A stretch of 63,583 bases of DNA, filler included, from Chiloscyllium plagiosum (Eukaryota): NCBI RefSeq assembly GCF_004010195.1. It is 4 parts of one record of this genome, joined end to end, with 100 filler letters (N's around TTAATTAATTAA, not from the genome) between each part and the next. Parts side by side here need not be neighbours in the genome. Positions count along the whole stretch, not along the records: positions 14,714 to 34,295 come from NC_057712.1; positions 34,396 to 61,330 come from NC_057712.1; 2 more parts are not named here. One strand, written 5' to 3'. Both the position numbers and the translations under genes were made by a program. The notes under the pieces were generated by a model, which saw only the letters and a program-made list of their open reading frames with translations, ran no database searches and was not told the DNA's origin. The first letter of the stretch is position 1. Every line of letters begins with the position of its first letter. Positions 27,601 to 40,659 of the stretch are shown in pieces.

Positions 27601-29113
27601 AATCCAAAGGAGTTTTACAAATACATTAAGGACAAAAGGATAACGAGGGAGAGAATAGGGTCCCTCAAAGATCAGCAAGGCGGCCTTTGTGTGGAGTCAC
27701 AAAACGTGGGGGAGATATTAAATGAATATTTTGCATCAGTATTTACTGTGGAAAAGGATATGGAAGATATAGACTGTAGGGAAATAGATGGTGACATCTT
27801 GCAAAATTTCCAGATTACTGAGGAGAAAGTGCTGGATGTCATGAAACGGTTAAAGGTGGATAAATCCCCAGGACCTGATCAGGTGTACCCTAGAACTCTG
27901 TGGGAAGCTAGAGAAGTGATTGCTGGGCCTTTGGCTGGGATATTTGGATCATCGATAGTCACAGGTGAGGTGCCGGAAGACTGGAGGCTGGCAAACGTGG
28001 TGCCACTGTTTAAGAAGGGCAGTGAAGACAAGCCAGGGAAGTATAGGCCGTTGAGCCTGACCTCAGTGGTGCGCAGTGGTGTTGGAAGGAATCCTGAGGG
28101 ACAGGATGTATATTTATTTGGAAAGACAAGGACTGATTCGGGATAGTCAACATGGCTTTGTGCGTGGGAAATCATGTCTCACAAACATGATTGTGTTTTT
28201 TAAAGAAGTAACAAAGAAGATTGATGAGGGCAGAGCAGCAGATGTGATCTGTATGGACTTCAATAAGGCATTCGACAAGGTTCCCCATGAGAGACTGATT
28301 AGTAAGGTTAGATCTCATGGAATACAGGGAGAACTAGCCATTTGGATGCAGAACTGGCTCAAAAAGTAGAAGATAGAGGGTGGTGGTGGAGGGTTGTTTT
28401 TCAGACTGGAGGCCTGTGATCAGTGGAGTGCCACAAGGATCGGTGCTGGGTCCTTTACTTTTTGTCACTTACATAAATGATGTGGATGCGAGCATAAGAG
28501 GTACAGTTAGTAACTTTGCAGATGACACCAAAATTGGAGGTGTAGTGAATAGCGAAGAGGTTTACCTCAGATTACAACAGGATCTGGACCAGATGGGCCA
28601 NNNNNNNNNNNNNNNNNNNNNNNNNNNNNNNNNNNNNNNNNNNNNNNNNNNNNNNNNNNNNNNNNNNNNNNNNNNNNNNNNNNNNNNNNNNNNNNNNNNN
28701 NNNNNNNNNNNNNNNNNNNNNNNNNNNNNNNNNNNNNNNNNNNNNNNNNNNNNNNNNNNNNNNNNNNNNNNNNNNNNNNNNNNNNNNNNNNNNNNNNNNN
28801 NNNNNNNNNNNNNNNNNNNNNNNNNNNNNNNNNNNNNNNNNNNNNNNNNNNNNNNNNNNNNNNNNNNNNNNNNNNNNNNNNNNNNNNNNNNNNNNNNNNN
28901 NNNNNNNNNNNNNNNNNNNNTGTGGTGGAGGCTGGTACAATTGCAACATTTAAGAGGCATTTGGATGGGTATATGAATAGGAAGGGTTTGGAGGGATATG
29001 GGCCGGGTGCTGGCAGGTGGGACTAGATTGGGTTGGGATATCTGGTCGGCATGGATGGGTTGGACCGAAGGGTCTGTTTCCATGCTGTACATCTCTATGA
29101 CTCTATGACTCTA
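24676..29113 (+). mobile_element. Near-complete CR1 LINE (SGNH-esterase ORF1, APE endonuclease, RT)
   Basis: GD.LVRGTDR..C...PGARIKDVSER, YYRPP, DFNFP.IDW, KSPGPD, SGVPQGSVLGP, FADDTK; gaps at 24911-25342 and 28601-28920. Confidence 0.93.
25343..26528 (+). mobile_element. Different CR1 subfamily nested in the element above
   Basis: YMDFSKAFDKVPH...FADGTK RT with its own 3' UTR and ttcta tail; the host endonuclease resumes at about 26529. Confidence 0.85.
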
Positions 29114-29912
29114 TTCCATGGTCTTGCATCATTCCCAAAGTTTAGTGCCCAAAATTGAACATTAAACTTCAGCAGCAGCACAACCAGAGATTTACAAAAG
29201 GTTTAGCATAATGACTTCACTTAGGTACTCCCTATCTCTGAGATTTTCTTCAATAGCCTTATTGTTTGGCCATCTTCAAAGTCTCATGTACGTAAACTCC
29301 CAGATCTTTTGGTCCCTTGGTAATTGTACCCTTTAATTCCTTTTGCTCCTTCTCATTCTGCTTTTCTTCAAACTGCTGGCTGTCTGCCCAATTTGTCATT
29401 TACAATACTGACAGGTTTTTCAATGGTGGAATTGATGTTTTAAAATACTTAGCAAACAAAGCTTTCAGTTTTTACCTCCACTCAGTGTATTGCTAATCTC
29501 TTGTCTTTTGCTAACTTTTATCGTATCAACTGGCTGATTCGAAGTACAGATTCAATGGGGAATTTGCAGACTGGCATCACTGTGCCTGGTAGAGCCAGGG
29601 CACATCCCAGACCTTGACTTCACTGCGGTGGGTAACCATGGGTTTTGGACCTTATAGGTTTGGGGAGCTTCCTCAACCTGTCTCCTAAGGTTGCAATCTG
29701 TTATCGCTGTGTTTTTAGCAATCACTGAGCGGCTGATGGTTTTAGCCAAATTGCCAGGTCAGTTAGATTTCCTGTGATTCAATACTTTTCTGTGTTTTTA
29801 ATCAAACTCCTGAGGTTATGTTAATTTTTTTAAAGTAAGATTCTCTATAGATTGGATTTGTTCTGATCAGATAGAGTTAATTAATTTTGCATTCTTTGAG
29901 ACAGAAGCTCAG

Positions 29913-30610
29913 CGTGTGTGTTTATGCATCTGAGTGTGTGTCCGTATGTGTGTGTCTGTGTGTGTGTGTATGAGTGTCTGAGCGTTTGTGTTTGTATATA
30001 TGTGTGTTTGTGTGTCTGAGTGTATGTGCTTGTACGTGTGCGTGTGCGTGTGTGTGTTTGTGTGTCTGAGTGTGTTTGTGTGTGTGTGTGTATGTCTGTG
30101 TGTGTATTTGAGTCTGAGTGTGTGTGTGCTTGTGTATGTCTGTGTGTGTATGTGTGTCTGAGTGTGCAGGTTTTTATGTATGTGTGTATGTGTGTGCCTG
30201 AGTATGTGTGTTTGTATGAATGTGTGCAGGAATCATCAGTCGTGCTTTGCCCGGAGGCCCACTGAAGATGTTACCTAGTAGGGTGACGAAATGTCTGGAA
30301 ATGAACCTTCCAGCTCAGCGAGCAAACCTGCATCCAGAACCTCAACCTGAGCTACAAATCTTCTCAAAACGTGCGTGTATGTCTGTATGTTTGTGTGTCT
30401 GAGTGCATGTGCTTGTATATGTGCATGTGTCTGAGTGTGCTTGTATGTGCATGTTTGTGTGCATTTGTGTGTGTGTGTGTGTTTGTATATGTATATCTGT
30501 ATATATGTGTATGTGTTTACATGTGCACGTCTGTGTGTGCGTGTGCATGTTCGTGTCTGTGTGTGCATGTATGTGTGTATCTGTGTATATATGTGTGTGC
30601 CCATGTGCAT
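29913..30610. repeat. Degenerate (TG)n/(TA)n microsatellite
   Basis: Directly visible; it produces the V/C and H/T pseudo-ORFs. Confidence 0.95.
30259..30298 (+). ncRNA. Hammerhead ribozyme motif (family D) in a roughly 140-bp Penelope-type end at 30228-30370
   Basis: cca-CTGAAGA-T-GTTACC-tagtag-GGTGAC-GAAA-TG-TC-tgg; helix I cca/tgg. Confidence 0.8.
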
Positions 30611-31930
30611 AAAACACTGTCTTGCAATGAGGATGCTTGCTTATGGTAATATAGGGAGCTTATTATACTGCAACTACCACGCGGTTATGACTAAGCCAGC
30701 GATAAGGACACCAACACTGCGCCATAAGTACTCTCACAAAGGCAGTAACAGAAGCTTCTATTTCAGATGTTATTCAACTGACCATGCATAAGCTGTTTTT
30801 AATACCTTAATACCTTAAACTCCCGAGGAACTATGGAAGAGCATGTTTCAAAATATGATTTAGTGGAGTCATACTTAGGATTCTATTGGCAGGACAGTTG
30901 GTTTCTAATACTGACAGTGTGGGTTCAGTTCCTGTGGTTACCATGACAGACTCTCCCCTCAGCTGAGGTATAATAACCCTCAGGTTAAACCACCAGCAGC
31001 TCTCACTCTTTCTCTCTCACTCTTTAATAAGGTTTGAAGTTCCCTTTTACAACTGAAATGCAGCAGATAAACACATTGAGACACTGGCATGCAGCAGGAT
31101 TTGTTTTAATTTTGAGATAGTCTGCGAGGTGATTTTAAAAAATATTACTAACAACCAGGGAGCTGAAGAACACAGTGAAACCAATAGCTTCAAATTTAGC
31201 AAAAAGTAAATACTGAAACGGCAAATAGGTCCCCAGGGTAAAGTTCATTCTGCATCCTTAACATTCACAGAGATTAAAAAGGACCCAGACTTTTGCTGGA
31301 ATTTCAGTGTAAAATTAGATTCTTCAGCCCACCATTTCTGGCTGGATGTTTCTACTCCAAATAAGTTTCCTTTCTTATCATTTCACCTAATCCTATTGGT
31401 TTACCTTTGAGTTTTTCTCCCTTGTACACTAATCTAGATTCACTTGCCCAGATTCTCCACATATATGCCTACGCTATACAAGGCAGTTACAGTGAATTCC
31501 ACATTTTCAACACACTCTTTGGCTTCCTTGTTGGATGACTACATGATATTGAGAACATGGTGGATTGGAGCCAGCTCAGCTCAAAATAGGCCAGACAACT
31601 TACACTGTCCAGTATCTTCGTCGGAACTGGACTCAAAATGTTAACTTGGTACCTCTCTCGAAAATGCTCCCAGGCCTGCTGATCTACTCTGGCACTTCCT
31701 GTTTTTATTTCAGACTTCCAGCATCCTCAGCATTTGTGCTTTCATTAATGTAGCACACTGGTTAATTTACTGCCATCATCTGTCCTGTGATCTCAGCTCC
31801 AACCCTGTTCTGTGCTCCCTCACTCAGTCACCTAGCTGACTGGAACTCTCACGAACTATGGGCAGGAACCCATTGAGCTGAATCCAATATACTTAAAGTA
31901 AAATGATAAGAACCAAGTGAGATTGAAAAA

Positions 31931-32135
31931 ATGTGTGTGTGTGCCTGTGAGTCTGTAATTATGTGCCTGCATGTGTGTGCATGTACATGCTTGTCTGCAT
32001 ATATATATATATGCATATGTGTGTCTGTGTGTACGCATACATGTTTGTATGTATGTGTGTGAGAGCTGTATATCTGGTTATGTGAGTTTGTGGTTGTGTG
32101 TTTACGTTTGTATGTGTGAATGTGTGTGTCTGTAC
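31931..32135. repeat. Degenerate (TG)n/(TA)n microsatellite
   Basis: Directly visible. Confidence 0.93.
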
Positions 32136-32137
32136 CT

Positions 32138-33530
32138 GGGTCCCATATACCAGCTCCTCAGCCACGCATTCATCGTGCTCTATCCTCCTATTCTTGCCCT
32201 CACTGGCTCATAGCACCAGGAGTAATCCAGATATTACAACTCTTGAAGACCTAACGCTCTGTAATTTCCCTCCAGAATCTCATCCTTTCCCCTTCCTATA
32301 TCGTTGGTTCCAATGTGGACAATGACCTCTTGCTGGGTCCTCTTCCCCTTGAGAACATTCTGCACCATCTCTGAGACATCCTTGATCCTAGCACCAGGGA
32401 AGCAACACACCATTCTGATTTTTCGCTGCTAGCCACAGAAACATCTGTCTGTGTCTCGGACTAGAGTGTCCCCTAACACAATTGATCTCTTGGAACCTGA
32501 CGTACCCCTTATTGCATTACAGCCAGTCTCAATAGCAGAAACTTGGCTGTTCATGCTACATTCCCCTGAGAATCCATCACCCCCTACATTTTCCAAAACA
32601 GCGTACTTGTTTGAAATGGGTATAGCCACAGAAGGCTCCTGCACTAGCTGCCTCCATCTCTTACCTTTCCTGGAGTAAACCCATCTATGTGACTGTATCT
32701 GAGACTTTCCCTCATTCCTATACCTGCCATCCATCACATGCTGTTGCTGTTGCAAATTTCTCATTGCTTCTAACTGTCTCTCCAACTGATTCATTTGGTC
32801 TGATAAGACTGGCAACCAACAGCATTTATTACAGATATAATCTGCAGTAACCCTTAAACTGTCTTTAAACTCCCACATCTGACATGAATTGCATATCACT
32901 CTACTAAAGGCCATTTTTGCTCTTTCACAATCTACAGACGCAGAAAATAACACTGTCTTATTCTTCTACAAAACACTGTCCCAGGTTAAATTAATACTTA
33001 TGGCTTATATTTTAAAATTAATCAAGAGACATATCTCAAAAAGCATACAATCAAGAAAGAACCCACTCTACTCACTACTGCAGACTTTCTGTATGTCCCA
33101 TTTAAAAACAACACTTATCTGTTTCTGTGCTGTGAACTTCGCCCAAACAGTTCCTCCAAGATCAGTTGTGAATTTCACTGTTTATTAATTTTCCCTGATA
33201 CACTCCGAGGTCCAGCAATACATAAATTCAAATAGCAAAGGCAGTAATTGTGCAGTTTCACTGCTGTGTCAGTCTCTTTCTTTCTCGCTCTCTCTCTCCT
33301 GCACTGTCTTCACCATGTGCTTCCTTTGTCTGTTCTTCTCCCTTTTAAAACTGCTGTTGTTTTGACTTTTTTTTCCCCAAAGTTCCAAAACAAAGCAACA
33401 GCATATAAAACAGTAATTGCTGCTCCTGGAATTCGAGGAAGTCACCTCCAGCACCTAAAATACCTCAAAAAAGGAGCAGCTGCTACAGCCAGAAATTTTT
33501 CAGTCCTCCATCTTGGATTACCCAGAATCC
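32138..33530 (-). mobile_element. CR1 5' UTR plus ORF1 (Cys zinc finger, coiled coil, esterase), inverted
   Basis: MAFSRVICNSCQMWE...YICNKC...LERQLEAMRNL...LGDTLVRDTDRCFCG; 5' end with CAAGATGG at about 33508-33515. Confidence 0.9.
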
Positions 33531-34295
33531 TTAGGTGGGGTGTGGGACAGTGGAATCCAGGGCGATAATGAGGAAAGTGATCAATCTGAGACTGGTACAG
33601 TTGAGGACAGAAATGAGTCAAACAGTCAGGGCAGGCAGGGACAAGGTAGGACTAATAAATTAAACTGTATTTATTTCAATGCAAGTGGCCTAACAGGGAA
33701 GGCAAGTGAACTCAGGGCATGGTTAGGAACATGGGACTGGGATATCACAGCAATTACAGAAACCTGGCTCAGGAATGGGCAGGACTAGCAGCTTAATGTT
33801 CCAGGATACAAATGCTACAGGAAGGATAGAAAGGGAGGCAAGAGAGGAGGGGGAGTGGCACTTTTGATAAAGGATAACATTACAGCTGTGCTGAGGGTGG
33901 ATATTCCCGGAAATACATCTAAGGACGTTATTTTGCTGGAACCGAGAAATAAGAAAGGGATGATCACCTTATTGGGATTGTATTATAGACCCCCAAATAG
34001 TCAGAGGGAAATTGAGAAACAAACTTGTAAGGAGATCTCAGCTATCTGTAAGAATAATAGGGTTGTTATGGGAGGGGATTTTAACTTTCCGAATATAGAC
34101 TGGGACTGCCTTAGTGGTAAGGGTTTAGATGGAGAGAAATTTCTTAGGTGTGTACAAGAACATTTTCTGATTCAGTACGTGGATGTACCTACTAGAGAAG
34201 GTGCAAAACTTGACCTACTCTTGGGAAATAAGGCAGGGCAGGTGACTGAGGTGTCAGTGGGGGAGCACTTTGGGGCCAGTGACCATAATCCTATT
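33531..34295 (+). mobile_element. Same CR1 family, ORF1/ORF2 junction plus endonuclease
   Basis: LNCIYFNASGL...AITETWL...YYRPP...GDFNFP...GASDHN; ends in a gap. Confidence 0.92.
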
Positions 34296-34395
34296 NNNNN
34301 NNNNNNNNNNNNNNNNNNNNNNNNNNNNNNNNNNNNNNNTTAATTAATTAANNNNNNNNNNNNNNNNNNNNNNNNNNNNNNNNNNNNNNNNNNNN
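34296..34395. other. Assembly gap with artificial linker
   Basis: 44 N + TTAATTAATTAA + 44 N. Confidence 0.97.
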
Positions 34396-34665
34396 AACTC
34401 AGCACCGCCTTCCTAACCTGCAATCTTCTTCCCGACCTCTCCGCCCCCACCCCAGTCTGACCTATCACCCTCACCTTGACCTCTTTCCACCTATCACATT
34501 TCCGACGCCCCTCCCCCAAGTCCCTCCTCCCTACCTTTTATCTTAGCCTGCTGGACCAACTTTCCTCATTCCTGAAGAAGGGCTTATGCCCGAAACGTCG
34601 ATTCTCCTGTTCCCTGGATGCTGCCTGACCTGCTGCGCTTTTCCAGCAACACATTTTCAGCAGTA
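34396..34665 (+). mobile_element. Penelope pLTR with intact hammerhead at 34572-34599
   Basis: CTGAAGA-A-GGGC-TTAT-GCCC-GAAACGTC. Confidence 0.88.
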
Positions 34666-34789
34666 ACCATTAGGGGTCAGGCTAAGGAGCCTGGAGCAGT
34701 GGGACTATCATGGAGATTAGTGGAGATGAAGAAGGTTCTCTGGGTTTAGTTTGTCTGGGTGGGTCTTTTCTGGAAAAGGTTTGCTGCCA

Positions 34790-37700
34790 ATTTGGATGTG
34801 TGCTGCTGATGTTAGGGCAGAGGTTCCTGCCATCAAGTGATCGTTCAGTGCATGTGGGAGTACACTGAAGGAATTTAGTGGCATCGAGTGAATCTAGTTG
34901 TTTGATTAAAAACAATTGTGTTAGTAATTAGACTTTTGGGAGTACTTTCAGGCATCTTGGGAAACTTGATTGTGGGCAGGTGATCTGCTGTAGCTGTATG
35001 GTGTGGGAACTGGCTGATCCCATTGCAAGTTGCAGTGACCACAACTGCAGCATGTGTTTGTGGCTGGAGTAACTTTGGCTCAGAATTGATGAGCTAGGGT
35101 CCACACTTTGGACACTGTGGTACATCTGGGAAGGGGGAGAGTTACCTGGATGCTCTGTTTCAGGTGGCTGTCACAAATTCAGTCAGTGGTCAGGGATAGC
35201 AGGGTAAGTGAGACAAGTAGAGGGATCCTATATTCAGGAACAGAGGAGCCTCAGCTCTTGACCTTGTCCAACAGGTACAAGGTACTTGCTCCCCGTGTGG
35301 CTGAGGAGCAGGGCTGTAGGGAGGATGAGCCAGCTGACCACGGCACTGGGGGCCATTCAAAAGGGGGAAGCAAAAAGACAAGTGGAAGTTGTAGGAGATT
35401 CTATAATTAGGGGGAGGGCCAGCATCCTTTGTAAGGTAATCCTGGGGGTTAACAGGAACTAGGAACTAAATGAAAGAATAGGTCCTCTAGAGTTATAATC
35501 TCCCGATAACTGCCAAGCCACATGCCAATTGGCATAGGGATGCAAAAATAAGGGAAGTAAACACATGGCTAAAAGAGTAGTGCGTGTAAGAGGGGTTCCT
35601 TTTCATGGGGCACTGGCATCAGTATTGGAACAGGAGGGCTCTGTATGGCTGGGGCGGTCTCCACCTGAACCAAGCTGGGGCCAGTACTCTAGCGAAAAGG
35701 GTAAATAGGGCAGTCAACAGGATTTTAAACTAGGAATTGGGGTAAAGGGAAGGGTAAAACTCCAAGAAGTACAATGGGAAACAAAGCAGCAGGTCAACAT
35801 CTGTGGGGGTAGATTCAACTGCATGGGCAAGTATTGAAAAAAATGAAAAGAAAGGAGAGCTCAGGAACGGTTATTATTAAAGTCTCTGTCCAGTTTTGGG
35901 GCTCACACCTCAGGAAGGACACCTCAGGCTGGAGCGTGTCCAGCGGAGATTCACTCAGATGATCCCTGGAATGGTAGGCCTAACATACGATGAAGGCTGA
36001 GGATCCTGGGATTGGATTCATTAGAGTTTAGACGGTTGAGGGGAGATCTAATAGAAACTTACAAGTTAATGCATGGCTTAGAAAAGGTGGACCCTGGGAA
36101 ATTGTTTCCATCAGGCAGGGATACTAAGACTTGCGAGCACAGCCTTAGAATTAGAGGGGGTCAATTTAGAACGGAAATGAGGAGACATTTCTTCAGCCAG
36201 AGGGTGGTGGGCCTGTGGAATTCACTGCCGCGGAGCGCAGTGGAGGCCGGGACGTTAAATGGCTTCAAGGCAGAGATTAATAAATTCTTAATCTTGCAAG
36301 GAATTACGGGATATGGGGAGAGTGCAGGTGAGTGGCGTTGAAATGTCCATCAGCCATGATTGAATGGCGGAGTGGACTCAATGGGCTGAATGGCCTTACT
36401 TCCACTCCTATTTCTTATGGTCTTGTGGTCTTATGGTCTCTAGAACACAAAATAGGGCAGAGTGTTTGGGAAGGGTTAGGAATCTAACTTCAAGCACACT
36501 GGATAAACAAATGGCAGTGAGAAGAGGGAAGACAATGCAGGACTGAAGATGTTGTATCTGGATGCACACAGTACATGAAATAAGGGAAATGAGATGCTAG
36601 CGCAGATTGAAATTGGTAGGTATGGCGTGGTGGGCATCACAGAGACGTGGCTGCAAGGGCATCAGGATTAGAAGCTCAATATCCAAGGTTTATTTTTTTT
36701 TCCTCTCGAAAAAATAGACAGGTGGGCAAAGGGGTGGGGTTGCCTTATCAGCAGGAAGTTAAAGTAAATCGATAGCAAGAAACGAAGTAGGGTCAGACGA
36801 TGTCGAATCTGTATGGTTTGGTTGAGGAAACACAAAGTTAAAAAAAACATAATGGGAGTTACGTGCAGGTCTCCAAACAGTAGTCAGGATTTGAGGCACA
36901 AGATACACCAGGAGATGGAAAAGATGTGTAGGAAAGGCAAAGTTACAGTGATCATGGGGGATTTCAATATGCAGGTGGACTGGGAAAATCAGGTGTGCAA
37001 TGGATTGCAAAAAAAGGAATTTGTGGAATATCTACGAGATGACATTTTGGACCAGCTTGTGGTGGAGCCCACTGGGGAACAGACAATTCTGGACTTAGTG
37101 TTGTGCAATCAGGCAGATAAGGGAACTTAAGGTGAAGGGACCCTTGGAACCCTTAGGAGGTGGTGACCACAAAATAATAGAATTTACTCTGCAATTTGAG
37201 AGGGAGAAGGTGGAATCAGATGTAATGATATTACAGTTGAATAAAGTCAACTACAGAGGCATGAGGGTGGAGGTGACCTCTGGGAAAGGAACCTAGCAGG
37301 AAAGATAGTGGAACCACAATGGCAGGAGTTTCTGGGAGTAATTGGGGAGGTACAGCAAAAATTCATCCCTCAGAAAAAGCATACTAAAGGGAGGATTCAT
37401 GAATGACAAGGAAAGACAGGAACAGCATAAAAGCAAAAGAAAAAGCATATAATGTAGTGAAGGGCAGTGGGAAGACAGGAATGAGAAGCCTACAAAGTCC
37501 AACACAGGACAATGAAAGCTCTGAAGGTGGATGAATCACCTGGACCAGATGGACTACACTCCAGAGTTCTAAAGGAGATAACTGAAGAGATAGTGAAGGT
37601 GACCTTTCAGGAATCCTTCAGAGGACTGGAAAATTGAAAATGTAACCCCCCCTTTAAAGAAGGGATTAAGGCAAAATGTGGGTAATAAGGTCGATTAGCC

Positions 37701-39340
37701 TGACCTTAGTTGTTGGTAAGATTTTAGAGTCCATTGTGAAGCATGAGACTTCTGAATACTTGGAAGTGCATGGCAACATAGGACAAAGTCAGTACGGTTT
37801 TATCAAGGGGAGGTCATGCCTGACAAATCTGCTAGAATTCTTTGAGGAGGTAATGACCAGGTTAGACCAAGGAAGGCCAATGGATGTTATCTCCCTGGAC
37901 TTCAAAGGTCTTTGTTAAGGTGCTGCAGAGGAGGCTGCTGAATAAGTTAAGGACCCATGGTGTCAGAGGCAAGGTGCTAGCATGGATAGAAGACTGACCG
38001 TCTGGCAGAAAACAGAGATTGTAGAGAAAAGTGTCTTTCTCAGGATGGCAGCTGATGACTAATGGTGTTCCACAAGGGTCAGTGTTGGGACCACAACTTT
38101 TCACTTTATACATTGACGATCTAGATGAAGGAACTGAGGGCATTCTGGCTAAGATTGCAGATGATACAAAGATAGATAGAGGGACAGGTAGCACTGAAGA
38201 GGCAGGGAGGCTGCAGAAACATCTAGGCAGGTTAGGAGAGTGGGCCAAGAAGTGGCAAATGGAATACAACGATGGAAAGTGTGAGGTCATGCACTTTGGT
38301 CAGAAGAATAGAGGCATGGTCTGTTTTCTAAATGGGGAGAAAATTCAGAAATCTGAAGTGCAAAAGGGCTGGGAGTCCTAGTCCAGAATTCTCTGAAGGT
38401 AAACTTGCAGGTTGAGGCAGTAGTTAGGAAGGCAAATATCATGTTGGCATTTATTTCAAGAGGATTAGCATATAAAAGTAGGGATGTAGTTCTGAGGCTT
38501 TATTAAGCTCTAGTCAGACCACGTTTAGAGTATTGTGAGCAATTTTGAGCCTCATACATTCGGAAAGTTGTACTGGCCCTGGAGCAGGTTCCAGAGGAGG
38601 TTGACGACAATGATCCCGGGAATGAAGGCTTAAGACCAGAGGAATATTTGAGAACTCTGTGTCTCTACTCATTGGAGTTTAGAAGGATGAGAGGGGGAAC
38701 CTAATTGAAACTTGCAGGATACTGAATGACCTGGACATTGTGGACATTGGGAATATGTTTCCATTGGTAGGAGAGTCTAGGATCTGAGCACACAGTCTTA
38801 GAGTAAAGGGAAGACCCTTGAGAACAGAGATAAGAGCATCAGAACTTGGAGCAGGAGTAGGCCATCTGGCCGTGCTCTGCCATTCAATAAGATTAAGGCT
38901 GATCTTTTTGTGGATTCAAAAGCACTTACCCACGCCCCCACCGTAACCCTTAATTCACTTTTTGTTTAAAAAAACCTATCTTAGCTTTAAAACGTTAACT
39001 GAAGTAGCATCAATTACTTCCCTAGGCAGGGAATTCCATAGATTTTTAACCTCCTGGGTGAAGAAGTTCCTTCTCAATTCAGTCCTAAACCTGCTCCCTC
39101 TAATCTTGAGGCTATGCAGAAACTTCTTTAGCCAGAGAGTAGTGAATCTATGGAATTCATTGCCACAGAAGACTATGGTTAAAACTGAGATGGATAGGTT
39201 CTTGATTGTCATGGGGATCAAGGGTTACAGGGAGAAAACAGGAGAATGGGGTTGAGAAACTTATCAGCTATGATTGAATGACGGAGCAGACTCGATGGGC
39301 TGACTGGCCTAATTTCTGTTCCTACGTCTTATGATCTTAT
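34790..39340 (+). mobile_element. Near full-length decayed CR1 LINE with nested CR1 pieces (about 35890-36437 + and 38835-39117 -)
   Basis: ORF1 ICCSC..WE zinc finger and GLHLN esterase remnant; MGDFNM.VDW, NGVPQGSVLGP, IADDTK. Confidence 0.88.
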
Positions 39341-39470
39341 AGTCTATTGCCTCAATTTGCCTCATGTTAACCCTGAATGTTAGAGTATAAGGTATATGGT
39401 AGATCGTTTTACTTCTCTAAATTGCCCCCTGTATATACCACGATGTAATCCTGACTATTTCTTTCAGGTT

Positions 39471-39613
39471 CTAGATTCCTCCATTCCTGATGAAGGGCTT
39501 TTGCCCAAAACGTCGATTTTCCTGCTTCTCAGATGCTGCCTGACCTGCTGTGCTTTTCCAGCACCACTCTAATCTAAACTCTGGTTTCCAGCATCTGCAG
39601 TCCTCACTTTTGC
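39471..39613 (+). mobile_element. 143-bp Penelope family A insert (hammerhead with G12A change)
   Basis: Perfect 16-bp TSD ctatttctttcaggtt at 39455-39470 and 39614-39629. Confidence 0.92.
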
Positions 39614-40659
39614 CTATTTCTTTCAGGTTATCCATTGCAATAGTACCCACGGTGAATTTCTATAATGACAATTAAAAATGCCTTGATTATTGCTTAAAAC
39701 TTAATATAATCTGAAGAATCTTTCATGTTTTGCTTCCTTTGCCAGCAATCCAATTAGCTAAAGCATATAGCTGCCTGTTTGAGGAGAATTGATGTGATTA
39801 CTGCAGGTTTGTTTTTGAGACTAGTTGCTCGATGGTTCAATTGCTTTAATCGTGACCAGAGTCGCTGCTTTTAGGTAAGTGAATCCATCAGATTCAATTC
39901 CTATCGCAACACTTGGGGCAACTTTCTCCTTCATTTGGAGATCATGAATGTTTGTGTTTATGCTGATTTGTTCAAATTGCATCCCAAATACATGATTTAA
40001 ACACGCTAGGTTAATGTAAATTACCACTGCGGTCAAATTAGAAGAATGAGATTGAAAATCATGGACAATGGATTTGTACAGACAGTAAAATCAGCTCACA
40101 AATCTTATTCAGCACGAGTCAGCATGCTGAATGTGAATGAAGAGCCACACTTTTGTATATGGCTCTATTAGTGCAGTACCTCTATTATCGTTATGTTAAA
40201 TGCCAATTTTTCATGCAGTCAGTGTTATCACAATCGCTTAGCACAGAAACTGATGTTTTTGATGTCAGAGAGCTGGGAAAGAAAGGAGCTCAAAGTACAA
40301 TTCATCCATTTACTTTTCAGCAGAATGTTAGTTCTGACAGCTTAATAACACTCCGTCCCGGCATTTTGAGTACTTACCTAGAGGTTTGCTGTGCTGCAGC
40401 TTGTCTCATGTGTTCGTCACAAGGTGCTGGCTAGAATTTATTTGAAATAGTTTTAGTCAAATGAATCAAATGGGCAACAAAAAAAAGTGTTTCACAGTTT
40501 AATGTTGCAGGTCGAGGAGTGGTTCCCTCATTGAAAGGAACTCCTCAAGCGCATTTTATGATGGACACTAAATCCTGGCCTAGTCAGGCCAAGCACACCC
40601 CTTGCTAGTGTTTTGTGATAACAGATATTTGATAAGAGTTACATTTACTGCTCGCTAAA

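Noticed and set aside
30020..32213. Cys/Val- and His/Thr-rich ORFs
   Set aside because: Translations of (TG)n microsatellites
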